Source: Rubripirellula sp. (GTDB lineage: Bacteria; Planctomycetota; Planctomycetia; Pirellulales; Pirellulaceae). From it: a stretch of 64,000 nucleotides of DNA. Shown here piece by piece: positions 19,253-29,138 of the stretch (position 1 is the first letter of the stretch; every line of letters begins with the position of its first letter). Made by a program: the position numbers and the translations under genes. The stretch is taken from contig OZ244207.1 of NCBI GenBank assembly GCA_965216875.1, positions 7,648,001 to 7,712,000 on the forward strand. The letters are read 5' to 3'. Below the pieces are notes generated by a model that had not been told where the DNA came from, searched no databases, and was given only the letters and a program-made list of their open reading frames with translations.

Positions 19253-20632
19253 ATGGTTGGAACCTCCCTAAAGCGTCGTCAATTCCTTTCTCATTCAACC
19301 GCGTTGGCTGCAGCGACTTCGATCGCGGCTCACCGTACCGCCTCGGCGATGGTTGTTTCACAGGCGGCAACGGAACGACCAAACCTTGGTTTGATTGGTG
19401 CCGGTCGTATGGGCCACAACCACATGCGATTCGCTGCTGGCATGTGCGATGTGGTGGCAGTTTGTGACGTTGATCGCAATCATCGTGAAAAGGCGATCGC
19501 CAAAGTTAGCAAAGGCAAGGCCGACGGTTACGTCGACTACCGAGCCATCCTTGATCGCAAAGATGTGGATGTTGTTTACATTGCGACGCCCGATCATTGG
19601 CACGCAAAAATCTTGATCGAGGCGATGCACGCCGGCAAAGACGTTTACTGCGAGAAGCCACTGACGTTGACGATCGACGAAGGCAAACAGATTCGCAAAG
19701 TTCAAAAGCAGACTGGACGCGTTGTTCAGGTCGGGACGATGCAACGCAGCTACTTGCGTCTGTTCGTCAAAGCGATTGCGATGGTTGAGTCGGGGCGACT
19801 CGGCAAGCTCCATCGGGTGTCCGCGTCGATTGGTGGTTCGGGCGGCAGCGGTCCTCTTCCCGCGGTGAAGGTTCCCGATTGGTTGGATTGGAATCAGTGG
19901 CTTGGGCCAGCGCCGAAGGCACCGTTCCGATTGCTTGAAGATGCATCGAGCAAGGATGAGTGGAGCATCGGCAAGACGAACGCTCATCAGAACTTTCGTT
20001 GGTGGCTCGACTACAGCGGTGGCAAGATGACCGACTGGGGCGCTCACCATGTCGACATCGCTTGCTGGGCACTACGAGCCGCCGGTCAATCCGATACATT
20101 GCTTTCGATTGGTGGCGATTCGAAAACGCCCGTTCCGTTCAAGGATGGATTCCCGACGGTGGAAGACGCCTACAACACCCCGCACCAATTTCGTCTTGTT
20201 GGAAAGATGGAAGGGGGCGCCGAGCTCGTCATTCAATCCCAAGGACGTAACGGTTGCTTGATTGAAGGGGATCGCGGGCGCATTTTTGTCAGTCGCGGTG
20301 ACCTGACTGGCAAGCCGGTCGAGGATCTCAAGGACAACCCACTTCCGGACGATGCGATCGCCAAAGCGTACAAGGGTTTGCCGACTCCGTTTGATCAGCA
20401 TAAGAATCATTGGGCTAACTTCTTTCATTGCTGCCGCGAGCGTATCGAGCCGATCTCGGACGTGACCAGTCACTTGCGAGCAATCGATATTTGCCACTTG
20501 GCAAACATTAGTGCTCGTTTTGGACGCGCTCTCCAATGGGACGATGCGACAGAAACGATCGTTGGCGACGACCAAGCCAACGGACTCCTAGCGCGAAGCT
20601 ACCGTAAGGGTTTCGAAATCGAGACCGCCTAG
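19253..20632 (+). CDS. Gfo/Idh/MocA oxidoreductase with Tat signal
   Basis: KRRQFL, IGAGRMG, ATPDHWH, YCEKP, DWGAHHVD. Start set at ATG 19253. Confidence 0.93.
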   Translation: MVGTSLKRRQFLSHSTALAAATSIAAHRTASAMVVSQAATERPNLGLIGAGRMGHNHMRFAAGMCDVVAVCDVDRNHREKAIAKVSKGKADGYVDYRAILDRKDVDVVYIATPDHWHAKILIEAMHAGKDVYCEKPLTLTIDEGKQIRKVQKQTGRVVQVGTMQRSYLRLFVKAIAMVESGRLGKLHRVSASIGGSGGSGPLPAVKVPDWLDWNQWLGPAPKAPFRLLEDASSKDEWSIGKTNAHQNFRWWLDYSGGKMTDWGAHHVDIACWALRAAGQSDTLLSIGGDSKTPVPFKDGFPTVEDAYNTPHQFRLVGKMEGGAELVIQSQGRNGCLIEGDRGRIFVSRGDLTGKPVEDLKDNPLPDDAIAKAYKGLPTPFDQHKNHWANFFHCCRERIEPISDVTSHLRAIDICHLANISARFGRALQWDDATETIVGDDQANGLLARSYRKGFEIETA

Positions 20633-20639
20633 ACATCAC

Positions 20640-20851
20640 GTTTGTAGTCCCGAGCTTTAGCCGGAATCTTCTCGCATTCCGCCTGAAGGCGGGACTACGA
20701 ACCGTAGTGGACGAGGCCACGAGTCCCCTCGAGCAGCCTTATTGGCGCGTCTTGCCCGTTTGTAGTCCCGAGCTTTAGCCGGAATCTTCTCGCATTTCCG
20801 CCTGAAGGCGGTACTACGAACAGGAGGGGACTCGTTGCCTCGTCCACTACG
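20640..20851. repeat. Composite/nested REP cluster (A dimer, then B-left, A dimer, B-right)
   Basis: A dimers at 20640-20702 and 20758-20821; B arms at 20703-20730 and 20824-20851 (28 bp, 1 mismatch). Confidence 0.92.
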
Positions 20852-20920
20852 TTCAGGTTCGGCGTCGGCATTCTTTTTGCACTCCGTAACGGTGTTCTTT
20901 TTACGGGGAGTAAATGTGCG

Positions 20921-21037
20921 ATGTTGACTTCAATGAACGAATTCCACCGACGTCACGAAACGCTTTGGTGGATCATGCTCGAGGTCTTGGCGGTGGTCGC
21001 GGTATGTCTGTTCGCTGGAACGCTGAACGGCTTCTAG
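20921..21037 (+). CDS. Putative small membrane protein (38 aa)
   Basis: MLTSMNEFHRRHETLWWIMLEVLAVVAVCLFAGTLNGF; ggggag 10 nt upstream. Confidence 0.35.
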   Translation: MLTSMNEFHRRHETLWWIMLEVLAVVAVCLFAGTLNGF

Positions 21038-21225
21038 GAGAGCACCAAGCTACCTCTTCGGTCTTTTGATGAGCCGATGAAACGGATCGACATGCGGCTC
21101 GATCGCCGTGGCGGTGAGTGTGATCGTTCTTGCCGCTGCCGTGATCTCTTGCTCTTTTGTGCCCCTACGCACGGCGATCTGTGCTGATAAGCGCGCTGCG
21201 GCCAAAGACGCTTGCGTTTTTCAAT

Positions 21226-21241
21226 TGGCACGGCGAATGCA
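21226..21241 (+). promoter_or_regulatory. Candidate sigma-54 (-24/-12) promoter
   Basis: TGGCACGGCGAATGCA versus consensus TGGCACG-N4-TTGC(A/T), about 115 nt upstream of the USP gene. Confidence 0.6.
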
Positions 21242-21356
21242 TTCACTCTTTGTTGACCGAGCGTCTGCGGCAGATGGCCAATGACATTCAGATTGACCTG
21301 TCGACGGAGCTCGCCTGACTTGCCAGTGATCACACCGGTTTTGGGAGGTTCGAACG

Positions 21357-22277
21357 ATGAGAATCCTACTTGCAACGGATGGTTCGGCTTGCGCCGAAGA
21401 GGCTGCTTGGCTGTTGTCGCATCTGCCACATCGCGAAAAGATCGACTTGACCGTTCTGACGGTGGTGCATCTTCCGCCGGTCCGCTTTTCACAGCCGACA
21501 AAAAGGTGGATGTCGGTCTGTGTCGGCAAGGAAAGGGCCTTTGCAGCGGATGCCTTCGAACGCGTTGAGGTGATGTTCCAAGGCGCCAACGCAAATATTC
21601 GTCATTTGATTTGCGAAGGCAATCCAGGTGAAACGATCGTCGAACAGGCGAAAGAAATCAACGCGGACCTGATCGTGGTGGGCGCACGTGGTCACTCGAC
21701 CGTGGATCGCATACTGCTTGGCAGCACGAGCGACTTTGTGGCGACCCACGCCGATCGATCGGTTCTGATCGTGCGTCCCACAGGACTGCGTGATCAACCA
21801 GAGCGTGCACTTTATGCGGCATTTGCTTATGACGATTCAGGTCCCTCGGAAGCCGCGATTGATCAATTCAGTGAGTTCTCGTGGGGTACGAACACGAACG
21901 TGTATGCCGTCTCGGTAGTCTCGTACGTCTCGTCGTTCCTGAACGAAGTGATCGTCAATTCGGAAGAGACCAAGGATGCTGCTGCCGAAGCACTTGAGCA
22001 AGCAGCCGAGCGATTGAAGAAGGTTGCACCCAACACGGAGAGCAAGCTGATCGAATGTGATCATATCGGCGAAGGGATCACGCAGTTTGTGGAAGACCAC
22101 CAATTCGACTTGGTGGTGATGGGCGATCCCTGTCGAACGGCGCTGGGCCGATTTGTCCTTGGCAGTGTCCCGCACTACGTTTTGCGACACGCTCCCTGCT
22201 CGATCTGGATCACTCGCAATCGTGTGATCGAGGAACCGGTCACCGAGAAGAAACTGGCCGCTACCACGGCCGGTTAG
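21357..22277 (+). CDS. Universal stress protein, tandem USP domains
   Basis: RILLATDGS, DLIVVGARGH..RILLGSTS, DLVVMG..RFVLGSV..HAPCS. Confidence 0.95.
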   Translation: MRILLATDGSACAEEAAWLLSHLPHREKIDLTVLTVVHLPPVRFSQPTKRWMSVCVGKERAFAADAFERVEVMFQGANANIRHLICEGNPGETIVEQAKEINADLIVVGARGHSTVDRILLGSTSDFVATHADRSVLIVRPTGLRDQPERALYAAFAYDDSGPSEAAIDQFSEFSWGTNTNVYAVSVVSYVSSFLNEVIVNSEETKDAAAEALEQAAERLKKVAPNTESKLIECDHIGEGITQFVEDHQFDLVVMGDPCRTALGRFVLGSVPHYVLRHAPCSIWITRNRVIEEPVTEKKLAATTAG

Positions 22278-22281
22278 CCCC

Positions 22282-22312
22282 GTTCGTAGTCCCGAGCTTT
22301 AGCCGGAATCTT
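22282..22312 (+). repeat. REP-like family A copy
   Basis: gttcgtagtcccgagctttagccggaatctt. Confidence 0.9.
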
Positions 22313-22370
22313 CAGCGCAGCGGCGGGATTCAAATGCCGGATCTGTGTCGCTGTCGCTCCTTGATCCGGC

Positions 22371-23573
22371 CTACCTTACTGCGTCGCCCTCGGCTTCGGC
22401 GAGCCGTTTTTCGGTTCGGCGAGCAACGTTGGCGATCACGGTGACAAAATCGTTTCGCGTCGATTCTTTAATCTGCGGCAAACGTTGGGCAACGTCGATC
22501 AGTGCGGATGGATTACGCTCGGACGCCTGCGAAACTTGCGAAATGAACCGTGCGGTTTCCGAGAAGTTGTGATCGGCGGAACGGCCAATCAGTCCGCTGA
22601 GAGTTCGAGCGATCAGGTCGGCGCCCAGGCTGTCGAATTGAATGAAACAGTCCAGCGTCCCGGTCACGGTTGTTGCGCCCGATGCCGTCGGAGCGTATTT
22701 GCTGTGCAGTACGAAAACCGCTTTGCCTCGAATCGGCTTGGCGACCAACTTTCCGTCGTAGAACCCATCCGCGACGAAGATGTGCGTCTTGGAGTCGCCG
22801 TAGACAAGGTCAACCGTGCAGTGCGTCCCCGTGCCATCTTCAGCCTCGAGTTGATACGGGCCGGTACGCTCGGTTTGCACTTTGGTGATGCCCATCAAAT
22901 CCCACATCCCAACCAGAACTTCGGGGTTGCGGGTAAGGAACAGGAACATCTCGCGATCGGAATTGATCGCTTGGGTGGGTAGCCGACGGTAAATCGTGGG
23001 CGACTCCGCGATCGACAGAATGTTCTGTTGGGCCTTTCGCGTCAGACGCTCCATCGGCAAGCTGTCGATCACCGCCTTCCGCTGCTTGTAGCTGCTGCCA
23101 AAGCCAAGTGCGGGCTTGGCCGAGCGTTGTTTGCCCGAGCCTTGTTTGGCGGCGCTATGATTTGTGGCGCGGTTCGAATTCGCGGTACGGCTTGGATTCG
23201 CGGTACGACTTGGATTCGCGGTACGGCTTGGCGGCGCGGCCGAGAGGTTCACGCAGCAGGTGGCTGACGCGATCGCAAAAAGCGCGCACGCACAGCTACG
23301 TTTGACGATCTTTTCGATCGATCCCACCGCCACCGGCGTCCCCCTGCAAGTCAACGATTTGCCCGTCAAATCCGTCCCACCACCAGGGACTGTCTGCGGA
23401 AACGCCAACTTCGGAGTCTGCCGAAACGGGCGCTTGTGATGATTTTTCGGTCCGATGGGGGTGTTCAGTTGAGAAAATCCGCAGCTTGCAACGGGTGGTC
23501 GCCCCACCATCATGGCCCGGCTATGGGAACGATCTGCCCAGCAGGGATGCCCCGTTTTTTGCGTACTCGACAC
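22371..23573 (-). CDS. Secreted hypothetical protein (true start probably downstream, ~23300-23360)
   Basis: Signal-like CALFAIASATCCVNLSAA, low-complexity linker, then a globular region (FLTRNPEVLVGMWDLMG). Confidence 0.75.
   Translation of the reverse strand: MSSTQKTGHPCWADRSHSRAMMVGRPPVASCGFSQLNTPIGPKNHHKRPFRQTPKLAFPQTVPGGGTDLTGKSLTCRGTPVAVGSIEKIVKRSCACALFAIASATCCVNLSAAPPSRTANPSRTANPSRTANSNRATNHSAAKQGSGKQRSAKPALGFGSSYKQRKAVIDSLPMERLTRKAQQNILSIAESPTIYRRLPTQAINSDREMFLFLTRNPEVLVGMWDLMGITKVQTERTGPYQLEAEDGTGTHCTVDLVYGDSKTHIFVADGFYDGKLVAKPIRGKAVFVLHSKYAPTASGATTVTGTLDCFIQFDSLGADLIARTLSGLIGRSADHNFSETARFISQVSQASERNPSALIDVAQRLPQIKESTRNDFVTVIANVARRTEKRLAEAEGDAVR
23178..23231. repeat. In-frame 18-bp tandem repeat x3 (PSRTAN)
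   Basis: attcgcggtacg(g/a)cttgg x3. Confidence 0.92.
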
Positions 23574-23663
23574 CCGCCCTGGTTTGCCGATAATCCCTTA
23601 CACAGACAACAAGTAGAACTCACCCCCTCCCCTCTGCTGAGCGATCCTTAGGAAGGAATAGAA

Positions 23664-24851
23664 GTGGCAAAAAAATCGATCGACCAAGTTGATGTTGCTG
23701 GCAAAACAGTCCTGATGCGTGTGGATTTCAACGTCCCACTCGATAAATCGCTAGCAATTACCGACGATCGCCGAATCCAAATGGCTTTGCCCAGTATCAA
23801 AAGCGTGATCGATCGCGGCGGCAAATTGATCCTGATGAGCCACCTTGGTCGGCCCGAGGGCAACGGCTACGAGGAAAAGTTCAGCTTGGCTCCGGCAGCC
23901 ACTCGACTTGGCGAATTGCTTGGCAAGTCGGTTGCGATGGCCAAGGACACCGTCGATGAAGACGCCCAAGCCAAAGCAGCCGCTCTCACTGATGGCGACG
24001 TTCTCGTTCTCGAGAACCTGCGTTTCAACGCAGGTGAAAAGAAGGGCTGTGATGAGTTCGCTGGCAAGCTTGCCGCGATGGCCGACGCCTACTGCAACGA
24101 TGCATTCGGAACGTGTCACCGTACCGACGCCTCGATGGTTGCTGTGCCGAGGGCGATGGAAGGCAAACCACGCGTCGTTGGCCACTTGGTCGCCAAAGAG
24201 ATTCAATACCTTAGCGATGCGATCGGAAACCCTGGTCGTCCCTTTGTGGCGATCCTTGGCGGTGCCAAAGTTAGCGACAAGATTAACGTGATCAACAACC
24301 TGCTTGGCATCTGTGACGCAGTCCTGATCGGCGGCGCGATGGCCTACACCTTTTCGTTGGCCAAAGGTGGTAGCGTCGGAAAGAGTCTTGTTGAATCCGA
24401 CAAAGTGGAGTTGGCCGGCGAATTGATCGCCAAAGGTGGCGACAAGTTGCATCTACCTGTCGACACACATTGTGGGGACGACTTTAACGGCGATTGCAAC
24501 AAGCAAGTTGTTGCGGCCGGCGAGATCCCTGAGGGTTGGGAAGGACTTGATATCGGCCCTGAAACGGCCAAGAAGTACGCTGAAGTGATTGCATCGGCCA
24601 AGACGGTCGTTTGGAACGGACCGATGGGCGTCTTCGAAATGCCACCTTTTGACGAAGGAACCAAAGCGGTCGCACAAGCGGTTGCTGATAGCGACTCGAC
24701 CAGCATCATCGGTGGCGGTGATAGTGCTGCCGCTTGTGACCAACTCGGATTTGCGGACAAGGTGAGTCACGTGAGTACCGGCGGCGGTGCGAGCCTGGCG
24801 ATGCTCGAGGGCAAAGCGTTCGCTGCCGTTGATTTGCTGGACGAAGCCTAA
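23664..24851 (+). CDS. pgk: Phosphoglycerate kinase
   Basis: [52 protein letters not shown]. Confidence 0.98.
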   Translation: MAKKSIDQVDVAGKTVLMRVDFNVPLDKSLAITDDRRIQMALPSIKSVIDRGGKLILMSHLGRPEGNGYEEKFSLAPAATRLGELLGKSVAMAKDTVDEDAQAKAAALTDGDVLVLENLRFNAGEKKGCDEFAGKLAAMADAYCNDAFGTCHRTDASMVAVPRAMEGKPRVVGHLVAKEIQYLSDAIGNPGRPFVAILGGAKVSDKINVINNLLGICDAVLIGGAMAYTFSLAKGGSVGKSLVESDKVELAGELIAKGGDKLHLPVDTHCGDDFNGDCNKQVVAAGEIPEGWEGLDIGPETAKKYAEVIASAKTVVWNGPMGVFEMPPFDEGTKAVAQAVADSDSTSIIGGGDSAAACDQLGFADKVSHVSTGGGASLAMLEGKAFAAVDLLDEA

Positions 24852-27562
24852 TGGCGGCCGAGGAAACGCGTCTTGCAGAGAGCGCTGCCCGCAAAAAGAA
24901 CTGGCAGCGCTGGGGGCCCTATTTGTCGGAGCGGCAATGGGGCACCGTTCGTGAGGACTACAGCGAAGGTGGCGACGCCACGTGGAGCTATTTTCCACAC
25001 GACCACGCTCGCAGCCGCGCCTATCGTTGGGGCGAAGATGGGCTGCTTGGCGTTTGTGACCGCCAATGCCGACTCTGTTTTTCTGTCGGGTTGTGGAATG
25101 GTCGCGACGCGATTCTGAAAGAGCGTTTGTTTGGGGTGACCGGCCCAGAGGGCAATCACGGCGAGGACGTGAAGGAGTGCTACTACTACCTCGATAGCTC
25201 GCCGTCACACAGCTACATGAAGGCTTTGTACAAGTACCCGCAAAGCCGCTACCCGTACGAAGAGCTCGTGGAAGTTGGTCGCAGTCGCGATCGTACTGAG
25301 CCTGAATACGAACTCGCCGACACATCGGCATTTGATGGTTCGCGTTACTTTGATGTCGTTGCCGAATACGCCAAGGCCGGCCCCAACGACTTGTTGATCA
25401 AATTGACGATCACCAACCGAGGTCCCGCGCCGGCTGTCTTGCACGTTTTGCCACAGCTGTTCTTTCGCAACACGTGGACGTGGCACTGCACCGATGAAGG
25501 TTGCACGACCCGTCCGTCGATGTCGCTCGACAACAATGTTGTCACGACGATGCACGAATCGCTCGGTGAGTTTTGGTTCGCCTGCGACGGTATGGGCACG
25601 CCCGAGCAATGGACGTGGTTGTTTACCGACAATGAAACCAACGTTCGCCGGCATCACGGATTGCCGTGTGAGTCGGATTATTACAAAGACGCCCTCAATA
25701 ACTACATCGTGCTGGGCGACACGCACGCGGTGAATCCCAAGCAAAGCGGCACCAAATGCGGTTCCTACGGGCTGATGATGATTGGTCCAGGCCAAACCAA
25801 TACGGTGCGTCTGCGGCTTTCGCATGTCGACGAACCGATCGTGGCCGAAGCGAGCAACGGTGAAACAACGAATTATCATTCCGCTGCGTTTGGTGAATCG
25901 TTCGATAAGTGCTTCGAAGATCGTAAGCGTGAGACGGACGAGTTCTACGCGACTCGAATTCCCGAGTCCGTCAGTGATGATCGCAAGGCAATCATGCGTC
26001 AATCGTACGCCGGGTTGCTGTGGACCAAGCAGTTCTATCACTACTCGGTTGCAACGTGGCTTGATGGTGACCCCAGTGGCGTGGTCGGCAATCCGAGTCG
26101 CAAAGAGGGACGCAACAGCGATTGGCGTCACCTGTTTAATCGAGACGTCATTTCAATGCCCGACAAGTGGGAATACCCTTGGTACGCGGCGTGGGATCTG
26201 GCGTTCCACATGGTGCCGATGGCAACCCTCGATTCACACTTTGCAAAAGAGCAGATGATTCTGTTCCTGCGCGAATGGTACATGCATCCAAGTGGTCAGA
26301 TCCCAGCCTATGAGTGGCAACTCGGCGATGTGAACCCGCCGGTCCACGCGTGGGGCGTGTGGCAGGTCTACAAAGCGACCGGACCACCACAGCAACGCGA
26401 CAAAGTCTTTCTGGCACGCGCGTTCCAGAAGTTGTTGATCAACTTCACTTGGTGGGTGAATCGAAAAGACCCTCGCGGCAAGAACATCTTTGCGGGCGGG
26501 TTCCTTGGGCTCGACAACATCGGAGTCTTCGATCGCAGCAAGCCGTTGCCACTCGGGCATCTCGAGCAGGCCGACGGTACGGCTTGGATGGCGTTCTACT
26601 GTGGCACGATGTTGCGGATGGCCATCGAGTTGGCCGAAGACCATCAAGCCTATGGCGACATGGCCAGCAAGTTCTTTGAGCACTATGTCGCGATCGCCGA
26701 AGCGATGAACTCAATGGACGGCACAGGCCTTTGGGATGAAAGTGACGGGTTCTACTACGATCATTTGTTTGTGCACGGTGAATCGATCCCAATCCGCGTT
26801 CGTTCGCTCGTCGGCCTGTTGCCGTTGATGACGAGTGTGATTTTAGAAGATGAGATCATCGACAAGCTTCCCGGCTTCAAACGTCGCATGAGTTGGTTCC
26901 TGGATAACCGTGACGATCTTGGGCAACACATGACGTATATGGAACACGAGGATCCCAAGTCGGGCACGCCCTGCCGCCGGTTGCTCGCGATTCCATCGCA
27001 AGATCGTTTTCGCAAACTGATTTCGGTCATGCTCGATGAGAAAGAGTTCTTGTCGCCCTACGGCATCCGCAGTCTTTCCGCAGCCCATCGTGACGACCCG
27101 CTCGAATTTGATTTTGGCGGCCAGCATCACGAAGTCCACTACGTGCCTGGCGAAAGTGAAAGCGGCATGTTCGGTGGCAACAGCAATTGGCGCGGCCCGA
27201 TTTGGTTCCCAACCAACTTTTTGTTGATTCAGTCATTGAAACGTTACCACGTGTTCTATGGCGACGACTTCAAGGTCGAATGCCCGACCGGCAGCGGCAA
27301 CATGATGACGTTGATTGAAGTCGCGCATGAGCTTGAACGACGCATGATTTCGTTGTTTGAACGCGTCGAAGACGGAAGCCGACCGGCTCACGGGGAAGAC
27401 ACAAAGTACCGGGACGACGATGCTTGGAAAGAACTGATTCTGTTCTACGAGTATTTTCACGCGGACAATGGCAAAGGCCTCGGAGCGAGCCACCAAACTG
27501 GCTGGACTTCGCTCGTCGCATCAATGATTCGCAGCCAAATGAATGTGAAAAGTTGGCAGTGA
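24851..27562 (+). CDS. GH63 / MGH1-like glycoside hydrolase
   Basis: WGPYLSERQWGTVREDYS, MPDKWEYPWYAAWDLAFH, GLDN, NWRGPIW, GASHQTGWT. Confidence 0.92.
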   Translation: MAAEETRLAESAARKKNWQRWGPYLSERQWGTVREDYSEGGDATWSYFPHDHARSRAYRWGEDGLLGVCDRQCRLCFSVGLWNGRDAILKERLFGVTGPEGNHGEDVKECYYYLDSSPSHSYMKALYKYPQSRYPYEELVEVGRSRDRTEPEYELADTSAFDGSRYFDVVAEYAKAGPNDLLIKLTITNRGPAPAVLHVLPQLFFRNTWTWHCTDEGCTTRPSMSLDNNVVTTMHESLGEFWFACDGMGTPEQWTWLFTDNETNVRRHHGLPCESDYYKDALNNYIVLGDTHAVNPKQSGTKCGSYGLMMIGPGQTNTVRLRLSHVDEPIVAEASNGETTNYHSAAFGESFDKCFEDRKRETDEFYATRIPESVSDDRKAIMRQSYAGLLWTKQFYHYSVATWLDGDPSGVVGNPSRKEGRNSDWRHLFNRDVISMPDKWEYPWYAAWDLAFHMVPMATLDSHFAKEQMILFLREWYMHPSGQIPAYEWQLGDVNPPVHAWGVWQVYKATGPPQQRDKVFLARAFQKLLINFTWWVNRKDPRGKNIFAGGFLGLDNIGVFDRSKPLPLGHLEQADGTAWMAFYCGTMLRMAIELAEDHQAYGDMASKFFEHYVAIAEAMNSMDGTGLWDESDGFYYDHLFVHGESIPIRVRSLVGLLPLMTSVILEDEIIDKLPGFKRRMSWFLDNRDDLGQHMTYMEHEDPKSGTPCRRLLAIPSQDRFRKLISVMLDEKEFLSPYGIRSLSAAHRDDPLEFDFGGQHHEVHYVPGESESGMFGGNSNWRGPIWFPTNFLLIQSLKRYHVFYGDDFKVECPTGSGNMMTLIEVAHELERRMISLFERVEDGSRPAHGEDTKYRDDDAWKELILFYEYFHADNGKGLGASHQTGWTSLVASMIRSQMNVKSWQ

Positions 27563-27572
27563 AACCTCCATC

Positions 27573-27933
27573 CTCGTTACCACGCTCTGCGTGGTAACGC
27601 ACTCTCGGACGCTCCGCGTCCTCTCGTAGGTCATGCTTCGCATTACACGCGTTCGATCGCGTAAGCGGCCGGGCCTTAGTCGTCTTCACATTAGCTGCGC
27701 GTCGGCAAGGGCCCGAGGCCTGACGGTCAGCGGCTCACGGGCACTGCCCAGGCTGCGCAAGAGGAGGGAACGAGTACCGCTTTGCTGAGTACGAGCACGG
27801 GTCACTCGCCAACTTTTCGTTTGCTCCGCGCGGTGCGCGATTGTTTGGGCGGAAGGAGGGAAGATTCCGGCTAAAGCTCGGTACTACGAACAAGCACCTC
27901 TGTGATCTCTGCGCCCTCTGTGGCTTACCCAAT
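27573..27933. repeat. Mosaic cluster of six repeat families
   Basis: G 27573-27621 (cgttaccacgctctgcgtggtaacg), F 27654-27676, E 27704-27741, H 27771-27826, A 27860-27891, I 27904-27933. Confidence 0.85.
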
Positions 27934-27965
27934 CCGATTGGCTGCAAGTGGGCGCAGCCCGCACT

Positions 27966-28079
27966 TCAATCGTCGAATTCATCATCCATTGGTGGAGCAT
28001 TTCGCATCAGCAAAACGACGACCACAGTGCTCAGGGCGCACCCGAGCACCAAGACGACGGCAGCGGTTAGTAGCCACAT
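27966..28079 (-). CDS. Putative small single-TM protein (37 aa)
   Basis: MWLLTAAVVLVLGCALSTVVVVLLMRNAPPMDDEFDD. Confidence 0.45.
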   Translation of the reverse strand: MWLLTAAVVLVLGCALSTVVVVLLMRNAPPMDDEFDD

Positions 28080-28406
28080 TGCAGCCACCCACAGGGCGAG
28101 TCACAAGGCGAAATCGCGTCATCTGTTTTCCAGAATCAACGCCTGTTTCGCATCAACAACCGCGTGCTGTACCCGAGGCCTGGTAACCATACCTCTCCCA
28201 GGCCGTATCCAAACTCTACCTTACAAATCGGCCGGAGGCGCACGGATTCTGGGCATTGATCGCGCGTAGGCTGTTTGCCGCTTTCTCGGACTTTGAGCTC
28301 AGGTGGCGCGCGGAGATGCGGTTTGTGCGTCCAGAAAATGCGTAGACAGCCTCTCGGCGATGCTCCAGAATGAAATTCGACTCTCTTGCCCAAATGGAGG
28401 AATCTC

Positions 28407-29117
28407 ATGAACTTGCGACTCTTCGCGTTCGTCTCGCTCTTCGGTTGTTTTGGCGTTTCCACTCTCCATGCCGATCGATTGCAACTTGCCAACGGCGACG
28501 AGGTCGAAGGCGAGCTGCTTGAGATGTCGGGTGGGAATGTCAAGTTTCGCCATCCCGTGCTGGGTGAATTCACAGTGCCGCGAACGCAGGTTCACGCGAT
28601 TGAATTGGGGAAACAACGTGGTGGCAATCGGCTGATGGCAGATGGCACCGAAGCGCCCCCCGAGACGCCCGAAGAAGTGATCGACCGGTTAGTCAACCCG
28701 GAGCTTGATCGCAATGCGATCAGGAAACTCGAGAAGGGAAAGAAACGCCATCAGACGGCCGAGGGTGCGATCGAACAACTGATACGCGAAGGAGTCGACG
28801 CGAAGATGATGAGCCAGTTGCACGGGATGTTGCCAGGTTTCGGCAGCCCCGTCGTGCAAGACCATTTTCATGATCGTGTTACCGGCTTGATGAACGGTTC
28901 GCTGACGATCAACGACATTCGCGAAGAAGCGATCGACACGCGGGCTCAGCTCAAAGAACTGATGGACGACCTCGGTCCAAGTGGCCAAGCGTTACAGGGC
29001 TACTATGGAATCTTGGATGGGTTCATCAAAAAGACGGACCCCAAAAAACCACAGGCCCCGCCCGGTATCCTGCCGCTCGCTCCAGCCCCGATTGCTCCGC
29101 AATCAAAAACGGAGTGA
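28407..29117 (+). CDS. Secreted hypothetical protein
   Basis: ggagg RBS, signal peptide ending LHA-D, beta-rich DRLQLANGDEVEG N-domain followed by a helical domain. Confidence 0.8.
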   Translation: MNLRLFAFVSLFGCFGVSTLHADRLQLANGDEVEGELLEMSGGNVKFRHPVLGEFTVPRTQVHAIELGKQRGGNRLMADGTEAPPETPEEVIDRLVNPELDRNAIRKLEKGKKRHQTAEGAIEQLIREGVDAKMMSQLHGMLPGFGSPVVQDHFHDRVTGLMNGSLTINDIREEAIDTRAQLKELMDDLGPSGQALQGYYGILDGFIKKTDPKKPQAPPGILPLAPAPIAPQSKTE

Positions 29118-29138
29118 GTTTTCAACCTTTGGCTGCAA

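Noticed and set aside
20640..20851. Possible CRISPR array
   Set aside because: The units are inverted and nested, spacing is irregular, copies are dispersed across the window and there are no cas genes; REP-like instead.
27735..28269. ORFs spanning repeat clusters (also 2136-2498, 38697-39005, 59571-60123)
   Set aside because: They translate repeat sequence (the recurring RFRLKLGTTN and WGESGSKARRG peptides), not genes.
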